DNA of 64,000 nt, from the NCBI GenBank assembly GCA_030704615.1, contig CM060732.1, positions 18,228,001 to 18,292,000 of the forward strand, read 5' to 3'. The first letter of the stretch is position 1. Every line of letters starts with the position of its first letter. The translations under genes were made by a program, and so were the position numbers. The notes under the pieces are model-generated. The model searched no databases, was not told the origin of the DNA, and saw only the letters and a program-made list of their open reading frames with translations. Below, in pieces: positions 13,707 through 25,429 of this stretch. Source of the DNA: Takakia lepidozioides (taxonomy: Eukaryota; Plantae; Bryophyta).

Positions 13707-15359
13707 CGGGTGGGGTTAGCGACGTCGCGGCGTCACTTAACCGCCCGTTTCGGCCACGGGGACGGCGCCATTTTTGCGACGCCCAGGCGTCGCTGGCCCG
13801 TCGCACTGGCGTCGCTAAAAAAACGTCGCAATTATGCAACAGATGGGGTCGCAAGCCCCCGCCCCCGCCAACAATGTCTGGACGTCGCTTTTCGGGCGGT
13901 CCATGGCGCTGGCAGGGGCCTCCTGCTAGTGACGCTCGGCCGTCGTTGCCCCCAGCCGACGGCATTGGATGGGGCGACGGATCAACATCGCATAAAAGTT
14001 TTCTTCTAAAATGCCCGGGCGTCGCATACAAAGAACAAAAAACACGTGGCGCAAGTCGAGTGTTAGGATCAGCGACGCCGTTGCGTCGCTGCTAGCAACT
14101 CCCGGGCGTGGCAAAGAAAAAACACCCGTCACAGCTAGAGTCAGACGCTGCGACACCCGGCCGTGGGTTCCCACGACGCGCTGGCGTCGCATGTTAGAAT
14201 TTAATCAAAAAATAAAAACACGTGGCGCAGGCCAAATGTTGGGATTAGCGACTCCATGGCGTCGCTGCTAGCGACCCCCGGACGAAAAAAAAACTGTCGC
14301 AAGGGGGGTCGGGCGTTGCTACCGGCGTGGGTTCTAGCAACGCCTGGCCGGCGGTTCTTGCGACCCCCACCAAAAAAACCCGTCGCAAGGGCGCTGGTTT
14401 TAGTGATGCCCTTCCGTCGCAAGGCCAACCTGGTTGGGGGGGGGATTGGGGATTGATTTTGGGGGTGAATTGGGGGTGGTTTTTGTCTTTTCCCTGGGTT
14501 TTTTTTGGGGTGTTGGGAGACCTTACAACTTCCATTGCTCTGATTTAGCAGGTACACAATTGAGCAAGCATGAATCGAGGATGAGGCCGGTGCGACACAT
14601 TAATAAGATGAAAGATGGAAAGATGGAAATATATTTACACGGAATGAGCTGAAATGCTTTGCTCACAAGGGTTCAGTAGGCTGACCCTGGGACCTACACG
14701 GATTAGGACTAGTCATCCTCATCCTCATCCTCAGAGGTGGACTCATAGCTATCCGATGAGCCTGATGACTCCGCGCCCTTTGCCTGAGCACCTAAAGCAG
14801 ACGGCATTCCCCTAAGTCCCACAGAGCTCTCATCCAATCCCTGGCCATGACCCCCCATCCATACTAGTGTCATGTAGTGCACTCATCCCCTCCGTGTTGG
14901 CCATGTTGTTCATGAGGAATATCCAACCATGCTCCTTGGCGTAGTTGTACTCTACCGGAGATGGCTTCCTCTCAAACATGCGTTGCTACACATGCCACAA
15001 ATTAAAGTCAGTTCTTCACGATGATGGAGCCAGAAAGAAGACATATCAACAAAATATATAGGGAAGTATGACTTACAAATCGCAAGATAAAACCTTTGGA
15101 TCCACCGGGGCCCCACTTGTGTGTGGATTCGTGCTTGTCAAGGTGGACTGTTGTTGTTTCGCGTGTCTGCTCAAATTTGGTCTTCTTTGCCGCATCATTA
15201 GCGCATCCCACGATACATATGCCCCTCCCCCCCCAATAATTAGTGAATTACACACATACGTTGCATCGAATCCACCTCATTAATGCACATGCAACAAATG
15301 GAAGGTGAAATGATTCAAGGATTTGCCAACCTGTGTAATTCCAAAAGGTGGTTTGGGTT

Positions 15360-15616
15360 GGGCCCCCTTTTCCATTGCCCTCCGAATGATCTCTCTGGCA
15401 CGGTACCTCTTGTCCTTCAAATTCCGTCCCACCATCTCCATCACCCTTGTGTCACTCCAATTGCCCGGAAACCGGCGGTCTAACTCACGGGCATACGCCT
15501 GCTTCGCGCCAAAGTGTTGATCAGCCCACTCAATGTGCCAAGGGAACCACCGCGCTGCGAGTTCAAAGACTGGCTTCTTCGTAGCCTCCCATAACGCATT
15601 GCAGGGGTCACCATGG
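15360..15616 (-). pseudogene. Downstream half of the CACTA TnpA-like ORF split by the Gypsy element
   Basis: Removing 15617-26368 and one ATGG copy restores the in-frame reading ...IVVPPVEVNCH-GDPCNALWEATKKPVFELAARWFPWHIEWADQ...; family assignment is by resemblance only. Confidence 0.65.
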
Positions 15617-15974
15617 TGTCAAGTTAAATAAGCACAGTGTGAAAACAGCTAGAATAAAACTAGTTATTTGTATTTAACACTTGGATTTAGGTCAAGTGTT
15701 AAATCAGGTATCAAGTTTAGTTTGACACCTGGTCTGTCTTATCTTCACGAGAGCGGCAGTCGCGCGGCTCATCTCTCTCGAGTTGAGCCTGCGCGACCGA
15801 GCTCCTGCATTGTTGAGGACTGAGTGTGCTTATGATGGGAGTGTAGGTTGTTGTGGGGTGGAGTCCCCATAGCTTGGGGTGCCCCTGGCTCGACTTCTAT
15901 TTTAAAGAGTGACCTTGAGGGATTGCATATTTCTTGTGTTGAGAGTGTGTGTCCTTTTACAAGTTTGTTTATCA
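15617..15974 (+). repeat. 5' terminal repeat X1 (358 bp)
   Basis: Nearly identical to 25928-26282; begins TGTCAAG and ends TTATCA; differences are mostly 1-bp indels. Confidence 0.95.
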
Positions 15975-15988
15975 CTCGAGAGAGATGA
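15974..15988 (+). promoter_or_regulatory. Self-priming primer-binding site
   Basis: ACTCGAGAGAGATGA directly at the repeat end is the perfect reverse complement of 15769-15783 (TCATCTCTCTCGAGT); no TGG tRNA-type PBS is present. Confidence 0.8.
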
Positions 15989-16869
15989 CCGTTATCTAGG
16001 GTGCTGGTGCTAAGCTAGATACAATGTTTGTTTTAGCATTATTATAATATATATCTTGGGGCGGGAGTCCATCTGGCCTTGCTGTTTCGCTGGTCTGTGC
16101 GCAAGAGCATAGGTGCTGTACAGTCCATTAGAGGGAGAAGGAGAAGGTTGCAGAGATGGAGAAGGCAGCGGACAGGCATTGAGGGAATGTGGTGCTGGTG
16201 CTGGACTTCGGATCGCAGTGGGTATCACGATTTGCTTTTCTCTGCGCGTGGGCCTTCCTCCTCGAGACCTAGAGACTGCAAACCAGCGAGTGGAGCGATT
16301 TCAAGAGTAGATGCACTGCGCAGCACCTTCATGGCTTATGGACAGGCGGCCTGCTGTGATGTGGCCGTCTTTGCATGGAATCCAAAGCCAAGACTAGCTT
16401 GAAGTTCCATCAACTTGGTCTAATTCGCATCTCTCATGTTTTCCTGCAACGGGCATTGACGCCCACAATTTCCAGGGCTTGCACTGAAGCATTTCTAAGC
16501 TGTTCTTAGGCCACTAACACACCCTGTGTAGCTGCAGAAATTGTTCCCACGGGACCCTATAGCTTCACCTGTAAGGCTGCTCAACGCCTGAGCTTAGAGT
16601 ATGGTTGGATCACTTGCTCATTAAAGGCCCACAGGATCTCTACAAAAGGCCCCAGCCTGACCACCACCTGCTTGTGCCAGCTTGTTCAAAGATTTGCCCA
16701 GGTACTTTCCTTGTCTCTCAGCAACACTCTTTGTTTGCGGTAGGGCTTCCATTAGTAACTGGATCAACTGCCAAGCTTCCACCAGGGCACTTCTTCACAG
16801 GTAAGGAGTGGACAAAGGAAGAAGATCCAACACCCATTGATCAACCAGCAGCCCGTATAGCACCTCCGT

Positions 16870-16995
16870 CTAGCGCCACTGACTTCAACAGCAGGCTCAG
16901 CAGGCTTTGTCCATAGAGAATGTTCAATAGTTCAAACAGCTCAGCATCACTGGCCAGCTCCAGTACAGAGTGTAGCTCTGGATCAAATGCAGCTC
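16870..16995 (-). pseudogene. Captured fragment of a plant YaaW-like uncharacterised protein
   Basis: AAFDPELHSVLELASDAELFELLNILYGQSLLSLLLKSV resembles the FDPELRSVLELATDSELYEL motif of a conserved plant/cyanobacterial family (recalled, not searched). Confidence 0.5.
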
Positions 16996-17125
16996 CTAGC
17001 ACTGACTCTTTGCCAGTAAGCAGGTATATCTCTGCTGCTTTCTTGTCATGTTGTAAACAGCCTTGGAAGGTTTCAGACTTGGGGGAGTTTCAGACCTTGA
17101 GCTGGTCCACCTGTGACTTCTCGAC

Positions 17126-17475
17126 CTGGATGAATAGTTGTACGCTTCAGTCTGTGCTGGGTCAGCTGGATTTGGGCATCTAGCAGCTCCTGGATGCCAA
17201 CCAGAATTTGTTTCACGATGATGGCTGGTCTCCACCCAGAGTCCTCATTGAGGATAGAGAGGCACACTGTGCCTGACGGATACAGGTTCGGGTGAAAGAA
17301 GCCTGCGGGAAACTTGCACTTGGGTGGCTTACTGGGATAGTCCTCGCTGAAATGGATTGCAGTTGGGTAGAATCCCCCTTCCCAATCAGTCCCAGCTTTG
17401 CCAGGTAAAGTGCACTGCCAGATCATGAGATTGAGAGACCCGTCCGTCCCAGCCTCTGGCCTTGCCACAAAACCC
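17126..17475 (-). pseudogene. SCE1: Captured intron-less fragment of SUMO-conjugating enzyme SCE1/Ubc9
   Basis: GFVARPE...[16 protein letters not shown]...[71 protein letters not shown]; lacks the N- and C-termini, has frameshifts and no introns. Confidence 0.92.
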
Positions 17476-17910
17476 TCGGATGATATTGAAGAGCATAAAT
17501 TCCAGCAGCGCTGTTCTCAATGGCAGCAATGTTGCCCTGCAAACTGGTGGCTACGACGTGAAAGCCTGGTGAACGTTAACTGCCTCATCACTATGACTCA
17601 TCCACACGACCGGGTTTGAGAAGCTCTCTGCATCACCATATAGTTTACTATCCTTCACAGCAGCTATTTACATGCGCCCATACTCTTGGCTCTCCGCCTG
17701 CTTGACCTCTCCTCCCAGCACTTTGACAATAAGGTGCAGCCCGTAAAACGCCAAGCACTACGATCCCATGATTCCTTGTGTACTCGAAGAAGCCATCAGG
17801 CACAGTTGGAGAGCCCTCTTCATGGACAGAACGGGGTCCACCTGAGAGAATTATAACGGAGGGATTGAGCCCCTGAATGGCTTCCAAGGGGGTACCAGCA
17901 GGTAAGCAAA
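17476..17910 (-). pseudogene. Captured fragment of GMP synthase (glutamine amidotransferase domain)
   Basis: [60 protein letters not shown]; frameshifted. Confidence 0.85.
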
Positions 17911-18232
17911 AGGGGTGTGTTTGGATCCCCCCCAACACCTGCATGCTTGACTGTGCGCCATGTTGGTTTTGTGTGGGCGCTTGCTTTCATAGGGATTAGG
18001 CCGGATTTGATCACCGGTCAATCCTAGAGTATGCTGTCGGTGGTGAGGCTGGAGTGATGACCAGCAAGACCACCAGTGTTTCTTCTATGGTGAGGCTGGG
18101 TTGATGACCAGCCAACCATAGGAGTTCTTGCGGTGGATGCAGGTGCAGGTGCCCTGAGCCACTGGGATATGACCCTTAGACTGCAACAGGTGCCCACCCG
18201 TGTCACTATTAGATTAGTACTAGAGCCTTATA

Positions 18233-20435
18233 GTGTCACTGGAGGAGGTGCACATTGTGAGTGTCATTACGGAGTTACCCAAGGGTTTTGAGGGGAGTAC
18301 GGCTACAGGCAGTAACAGTGAGAGTGGGTTCACAAGACGAGGTATTCGGTTCAGACCACCTTCACCGCCACCCTCAATTACTGTAGAGTCAGACACAGGC
18401 TCGGAGGCTTCATCAACAGGTGTGCACTTTCATTCGCCATTGTTGTGGGACGACATGGAGGAGATGTATGGAGCTACCAAGGGGCCTCGTAGGTACTCTG
18501 GAGCTGTGGGCACAATCGAGTTGGATGACTTTATCCAGGAGTTCGACAGCTGGTGTGATTTGCAGCAGATGCGCAATCCACATCTATTCACCCCATTCAT
18601 GGCGTGGAAGGGACTGTTCCAGCATTTGGAAGGCCCGCCTATGGACGATTACCACGAGTTCAGGCGAGAGGACATGAAGCAGAGATTGAGGAGTGGAGGA
18701 TGTATTGGTCACCTGACTACATCTCCATTACTCGAGGCATGACGCGACCAGTAGCTGCATCAGTACCAATAGCTCCCACTGCCAGCACTAGTAGTGGAGC
18801 AGGTAGTGCTGGTACTTCTGCAGGTGGTACCAGTTCAGAAGGTGCTACTACTCCTCCTGCCACAGCTACAACACATGTGCCTAGATTCAACCCGGTGGTG
18901 GAGTTCTTCCAGGAGTTGCGGAGGAACTACCAAGGTGTACGGACAGAGAAGCTGCGAAGTTTGCAAGACTTCCAGCGCAAACCCAGTGAGAGCCTGCGAG
19001 AGGCGTACACTCGTATGAGGCGCTTGATAAGTGTGACCCAAGGGGTTACTGAAGCTCAGGCAATCCAGTTTTGGTATGGAATTCTGGACAAGGAGCTCAA
19101 GAGAAGGGTGCGAGATGCAACTCTGTTACAAGCAGCCCAACCCACATTAGCAGATGTGTTTCTGCTGGCTGAGCGGATTGAGCTCAACATGGTGGAGGAA
19201 CGAGTTGTTACAATTGGATTTGGCAAGGACATGCCTGTACGGGGCACAGCTGTCAGCCCACAAGCACAAGGGACTGCCCAACAGCGTGGTCAGGGGGCAA
19301 GGTTGCCCAGCCCAAGTTCCATGGAGCTTACAGGGGCCTCAGGTGCAAAGGCCCGTGGCATCTTTTGCAGGCCAACAGCAACCAGGGGTGATATGTTGGA
19401 CATGTGGAGGACCCCATGTCAAGAGAGATTGCCCAGAGAGTGGCAGAAGGCCGGCACAAGCACAGCCTGCACAGTTGCAGTGTGGGCATTGTGGCAAATA
19501 TGGGCATGGAGATGCCCAGTGTTATGACTTACATCCTGAGTTGCGCCCAGGCCAGTTCCAAGGGAACAATGGTGGCCGGGGGCGAGGTGGACCAGCCCAA
19601 AGAGGACGAGGTGGTCGGGCACGAGGTGCAGGCCAAGGGCAACCTCCACATGGCCAAGGACGCGGAGGTCAGGGTGTTGACCAAGGCATGGCCAATCGGC
19701 TTCAGCAGCTAGAGCAGAGGATCGCTGCCATGGCTATAGCTCAGGCGGTACCGGCTCCCAGGCGGGATGGCCCACCTCCTGCTCCTGAGGGAGGAGATAT
19801 GGGCGGAATGGGATTCATGTGCGGAGCAGCACTACCATTAGAGCAGGTGGAGTCTGCTGCAGCCGTGACTCGAGGAGCAACACGAGTTCCTGAGCCACGA
19901 GGTGCCAGAGGTGGAGTTGGATCCACAACGTGGGAGGCAAGCCGCCAGGCAAGGCTGCCTCAGTCATTCACCTTGGCGGAGACAGTGTCAACGCCATCCA
20001 TGGCACCTAGTTCTCGCCCGACTGTTACCGAGGCGGAGGTTACTATGCCATTGGGGAGAGCTACCCGTGCAGCACTGACACCTACTACCAAGGCTAGTGC
20101 AGCCGGTGTGTTATTGGGAGCAGCCACCTCTGTGTGTCAAGCCCCACTGTTCTCGGCGACCATGATTGTGACGCCGGGAGTGAGACCAGCTGCAGTGTTC
20201 AGACTAGCAGCAACACTCTGCGAGAGTGGAGAGGTCACTTCATCTTCTGCGGAGTTAGTGGAAGGTGTAGTGGCAGAGGGATCCTCGGATTTGAGGGTCA
20301 AGACTGCCACGGCAGCGCCCTGGCAAGCTGCAGCTGCCAGATTGACGGAGCTGCCAGCTAGGCCAGCCTTTGAGCGCGCCATGGTGACACCTGGAGTTGT
20401 CTTGTTAGACAACCAGGGAGGCATTTTCACTTTGA
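18233..20435 (+). CDS. Gag (frameshifted over ORFs 18233-18742, 18604-19527 and 19154-20635)
   Basis: Retrotransposon-gag-like FQRKPSESLREAYTRMRRL; two zinc knuckles CWTCGGPHVKRDC and CGHCGKYGHGDAQC; RGG-rich segment. Confidence 0.8.
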
Positions 20436-20830
20436 GTGGACCGGCAGGCAAGAAGTACCGGCCCACTGCGGGTCTTGTTGGACTCAGGAGCCCAGCCACT
20501 GATGTTGGGCAGAGCTGCTATTGCAGGTTTGGGCCTCATGGAGGCGGATATGGAGCCTTGTCCTTTCCAGATACAGACATCTCTGGGAGGATCAGAGCAG
20601 GCTCGCGGCATGACACGGCATCAGTTGGCTATTAGACTGCAGCCGGATCATCCTGTAGATGGCTCAGTGATGCGAGCCAAGGCCATTGTGACAGACGCGG
20701 TCTCTTACGATGTCCTCGTTGGTGGGGCAGTGTTATACCCCATGGGCTTCACCCTGGATTTCTGGGAGGAGTCAGCATCCTACAGGCCTGGATGGCAGTC
20801 AGGGGATGGTCGCCGTGCACAGCTCCCTGT
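20436..20830 (+). CDS. Aspartic protease
   Basis: VLLDSGA catalytic motif and YDVLVG (DxLxG) motif. Confidence 0.85.
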
Positions 20831-21169
20831 GACATTCATTGGGGGTATTGCAGCTGCTCAGCGGGGCAAGATGCCAACACTAGCCGCCTTCACAGCTGCA
20901 GTCAGCTGGCCTGGAGAGTTGCTGGAAGGCAATGCCCATGCAGAGGATGTGCCACCTCCAGCAGACAGGATGACATGCATGGTACGGCGGAGTTGCCTGC
21001 CATGGTTGCTCACACTCCGTTGTGGGGGTACGAGCAAGGATTTGCAGCACGCTGCTGATGGACGGGTGCAACAAGCTTGGGTAGAAGCTTTTGTACCGTC
21101 AGGGGAGGAGGAGAGTGCGGTGATTGTACCAGGGCCACCTCAGTTGTCGCCATTGGACACCACACCTCT

Positions 21170-22185
21170 GTGTGGCAGCGGCCGGATGAAGGCATTTGCC
21201 TTCTGGACTTGTTTGGCGGGATCAGCACCGGATTGGCTGCTGTGCTACAGGCAGGTGTGCGGGTAAGGCGTTACCTGTATGTGGAGAGGGATGAGACTGC
21301 ACGACGCGTCTCACTGCGCCATGTGGCTCAGTTGGTACAGCAGTACCCTGACTTGTTGCCTGTGTCTGCAGTTCGTGGATACCAACAAGCCTTGCCAGCA
21401 GACATTTCCTTGTGGGGGGCGCAAGATTTGGAGCAGGTTGGCTCTATTGATCTGATAGTGGCAGGTTGGCCCTGCCAAGGGAATTCATCAGCCGGGCATG
21501 GCAATGGATTACGAGACTCGAGGACGGGTCTATTTTGGGAGATGGTGCGGATTTTGCGCTGCTTGCAGCTTCATCAAGCTGTATCTCCAGCATACATCTT
21601 GGAGAATGTACCACTGATGGGTGATTCTCGGGCCAGGGTGATGGCCAGTGTGCATCAAGTCCGGTCGTGGCTTGGGTCAGCAGTGTTGCTGGATGCAGCT
21701 GCAGTGGGGTCACGGGCTCATCGTCCACGACTATGGTGGACTAACTTGATGCCACCCGCACTGCTCAAGCGTGCATTTGATGGGGTGCAGCGGCCAGCAC
21801 ACCTCACCGTGGATGGCATTTTGGACACAGGAAGGCAGTCTCAACGTGTGAAACACGATGACCGTTCGCCTTTGGCAGTGGTCAACAGGTGGGTCAACCA
21901 CGAGCAGCATTACCTACACTGCTCAGCTTCCCAGGATCCCATGCTTTTCGGGATGGTGGACCTGGCCTCCTGTGGGATGCTCAGTTGCAGCAGTTAGTGG
22001 AGCCTAATGCCGACGAGCGAGAGCGGGCTATGGGGTTTTCCACTGGGACCACGGCGGTGCCTTCTCTTTCTGAGGCATCACGTCGTCAGGTGTTGGGGCA
22101 AGCAATGGATCTCAATTGCTTGACCTGGATTGTCAGCTTGGCTATGGCTGAGCAACGTAGAGTGCGGAGTGCACACTTCCCTTGA
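21170..22185 (+). CDS. DNMT3-like C5-cytosine DNA methyltransferase domain embedded in pol
   Basis: Motif I LDLFGG (21203), II VERD, IV GWPCQG (PC at 21470), VI ENV (21602), VIII RAHRPRLWWTNL, IX ERERAMGF, X RRQVLGQAM; one frameshift near 21890. Confidence 0.9.
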
Positions 22186-22559
22186 CGGTCTCTCTGCCTA
22201 CCGAGACGGTACAGGACAGCGAGTGGGGGCGAGCTGGTGAGGACCACGAGGTGTAGACATCCATGGCACATGTGGGAGGTGCTCGAGGTTCAGAGGGAGT
22301 TGGCAGCGAAGGCAGCTGTGATGGATGAGGTTGGGGATTCTTCTCGGGATGAGGAGGTTCTCAATGATGAGATGATGGGGCAGGATGAGGCCTTGTCATT
22401 GACTGAGCAGGAAGGGGGTACTGCTCAAGAGGTTGCAGCATAGCAACCACGGGACGGTCCTCTACCTCTAAGCCCACTGGACTTAAGGTTGCAGTTACGG
22501 AGGACAATTGGGAGCCTGACATTGGACCCATTGTCACCGGAGGAGAGAGAGACGACGTA

Positions 22560-23945
22560 TACGGCGGTTCCTGAGGGCTTACAGGAATTGCTTTGCCTTC
22601 AGTTTGAAGGACTTGGGAGCACTGAAGGGTCAAGAGATCCGTATTGAGTTGGCCACTGACACGCCAATCTTTCGGAGACCCTATAGATACAGTGACATGG
22701 AGAGGTCTTTGATTCAGATGAGGACTCAAGATCTCTGGGAGGCAGGTTTGGTGGAGCTCTCTGGTGGAGAGTATGCTTCAGCCACAGTGATGCCAGCTAA
22801 GAAGGATGTCTATGGCAATTGGACGGAGAGACGTATGTGCGGTGATTACCGGCCTGTAAATCGTCAGACCAAGTCCGATAGGTATGCCATGCCAACACCA
22901 GAGGAGATCTTTGATGCCATTGGGCATTCCAAGGTCTTTAGCACGTTGGATTTACGATCCGGATATCACCAGTTGCCGATCAAGGAGGCGGATAAGCAAA
23001 AGACGGCATTCTGGGGGATCAATGAGCACGGGAAGGATTGCCTATACCAGTGGCGGTTCTTACCATTTGGGCTTAAAAACGCTCCCGCTGAGTTTCAAAG
23101 AGTCATGGACAGGATTCTAGCAGGGGTGGAGTTTGCTCGGTGCTACATAGATGACATCATCATCTTTAGTGCTACGGTGGAGGAGCATGAGAGACACCTT
23201 CAGGGGGTATTTGAGCGCTTGAGGACGCACGGATTGAAGTTACATCCGGGCAAGTGCAAGTTTTTCCACAACCAGATTGAGTATCTGGGTCACATGATAT
23301 ATCCTGGAGGATTGGGGGTACAGCAGACTAAGGTAGAGTCCATTGCACAGGTTCCACGCCCCACGGATGTGAGCCGAGTTCGAGCTTTCATGGGGTTAGC
23401 AAACTATTACAGACGGTTTGTTAAGGGATTTAGTGCCATTGCAAAGGCTCTAACCAAGCTGACCAAGGTGGACCAGGAGTGGCAGTGGGAAGATGAGCAA
23501 GAACAAGCTTTTCAAGAGCTCAAGGCGAGGTTGACCTCGGCGCCCATCTTGAGACGACCTATCAGGGGGCGTCCTTTTCAGCTGCATACAGATTGAAGCA
23601 TGCTGGGGCTTGGAGCGGTGCTCACACAGGTGGATGATGAGGGAAGAGAGTTCGTAGTGGCTTATGCTAGCCGCTCGAACAATGCTGCAGAGTCTAAGTA
23701 TAGCTCATATGAGGGAGAATGCTTAGCTGCAGTGTGGGCCGTGGCACACTTCAGGTGCTATCTATACGGCAATCTCTTCACCCTTGTCACGGATCACCAA
23801 CCACTCAAGTGGTTGATGGAGTCAGACAAGCTTACGGGGAAGCTTGCACGGTGGGCACTCATCCTTCAAGAGTATGACTTTCAGGTGGTGCATCGACCGG
23901 GTTTGGTCAATCGAAATGCAGATGGGTTGAGTCGCAATCCATGCA
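22560..23945 (+). CDS. Reverse transcriptase and RNase H (Ty3/Gypsy type)
   Basis: RMCGDYRPVN, LDLRSGYHQ, LPFGLKNAP, YIDD, YLGH; RNase H HTD, YEGECLA, TDH, NADGLSR. TGA at 23594-23596 where TGG (W) is expected. Confidence 0.97.
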
Positions 23946-24329
23946 CGAGCCAGCAGGATGACACTGGAGCTCGGTGGCATGGTGAGACGGACGAGGAGAT
24001 GGTGCCCGGATGGCATGCATCTGCATTTCTGTGTATCTTGGCAGCGGAAGGCCAGGTTGGACCTACAACAGGGATGACGGTAGATCAAGTGTCTGAGGAC
24101 CCTGAGGCCAGCAATGAGCAGGGTGGCGCCAAAGATATACATGAGGATTCAGTTGTGTTGGACTACCTCCGCAGTGGAGACACGGCAGCCACTATGACTG
24201 CCAAGGAGAGGGATCGGATCCTACAACGAGCCAAGAGGTTCAGGCGGGAGGGGACACACCTGCTCCGAGTGTGGGAGGATGGTCGAGTGAGGATTGTGCC
24301 TCACCAAACACAGCGGGCACGGTTAGTGC

Positions 24330-25380
24330 GGCATGCCCATGAGGAGTTGGGGCATTTTGGGGTGCGACGCACTCATAGTCTACTGAGGGGCAGTATGGTG
24401 GCGTGGTATGCACACAGAGGTGTGCAACAATTTGTGGCTAGGTGCATGGTGTGTGACAGGGTGCGTGCTTCATTCAACGCCCCTACTCCACAATTGCACC
24501 CTCTTCCGATCATGGGATTGGGCTACAGGTGGAGTCTTGACTTCGCAGGGCCGTTGCCACTGACCATGCGCCACAACAAGTACGTGTTGGTGATGGTGGA
24601 GCACTTCTCCAAGTGGATTGAATTGGTTCCATTGCCTGATAAGGCTAGTGAGGGAGCTGCGTATGCATTCCTGGATTGTGTGCTTAGCCGATTCGGTGCT
24701 CCAGCTGAGGTACTCACGGACCAAGGGAGAGAGTTCTTGGGGGAGTTTCAGGCTTTGTGTGACAAGGCCTTGATAGACCACCGCACCACTTCTCGGGATC
24801 ATCCTGAAGCCGATGGCTTGGCAGAGAGAGTTGTTCAGACAGTAAAGAGGGGTTTGCGCAAGTATGGCTTGCAGAAGGGACACCTAGGAGATTGGGACCT
24901 TCAGTTACCCTGGTTAGCCATGGGCTACAGGTTCAGCAAGCAAGCATCACTTGCCTCCTTCTCACCTTTACTTCTTCTCTTTGGCCGAGAGCCGGATTTG
25001 CCTACATCCATTCGCAGAGAAGCTGCTACAGTTCTTAACCTTGACGATCCGGACGTGTGGGCACGTGCATGTGAGCAGCGTGCAGAGTTGTTCAAGAGAG
25101 TCATGCCATGGCTTTCGAGAACCTTGCCATTGCACAACACCGTGATACGTTGAGGTATGCTACCATACGTGGTGGGGGCTATCGTCCTGGGGTTCGGAGA
25201 TTCAACCCTGGTGACTATGTCTATCTGCAGCAGACTGCTCCTACGACCCTGGATGTGACTGCAAGACGTGTTATTTTGAGGGTCGAGAGGTCTTGCCCTC
25301 AGGCCGTCTTGGTCTTGGAGGGTCGGGATGGCAACACTTGGAAGGACCATGTGCGTAATTGTGCGCCATGTCACCTTCCG
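24330..25380 (+). CDS. DDE integrase
   Basis: HAHEELGH...CMVC zinc finger; WSLDFAG, LTDQG and GLAERV catalytic residues; FNPGDYVYL C-terminal segment; frameshift near 25110. Confidence 0.95.
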
Positions 25381-25429
25381 AATGTCGATGGCAGGATTGA
25401 CCCAAACCTGGCAGTGGTATCTGCAGGTT

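Noticed and set aside
13700-14450. CRISPR-like array or GC-rich ORFs
   Set aside because: The repeats are short, in both orientations and irregularly spaced, as for CACTA subterminal repeats; the ORFs are by-products of high GC.
17073-17468. Functional SCE1 gene
   Set aside because: No N-terminal helix or ATG, frameshifts after ELLD, truncated C-terminus, and located inside a retroelement.
21077-21997. Bacterial restriction-modification methylase or contamination
   Set aside because: The domain lies between a retroviral-type protease and RT inside a TSD-flanked element in intron-rich plant DNA, and no endonuclease partner is present.
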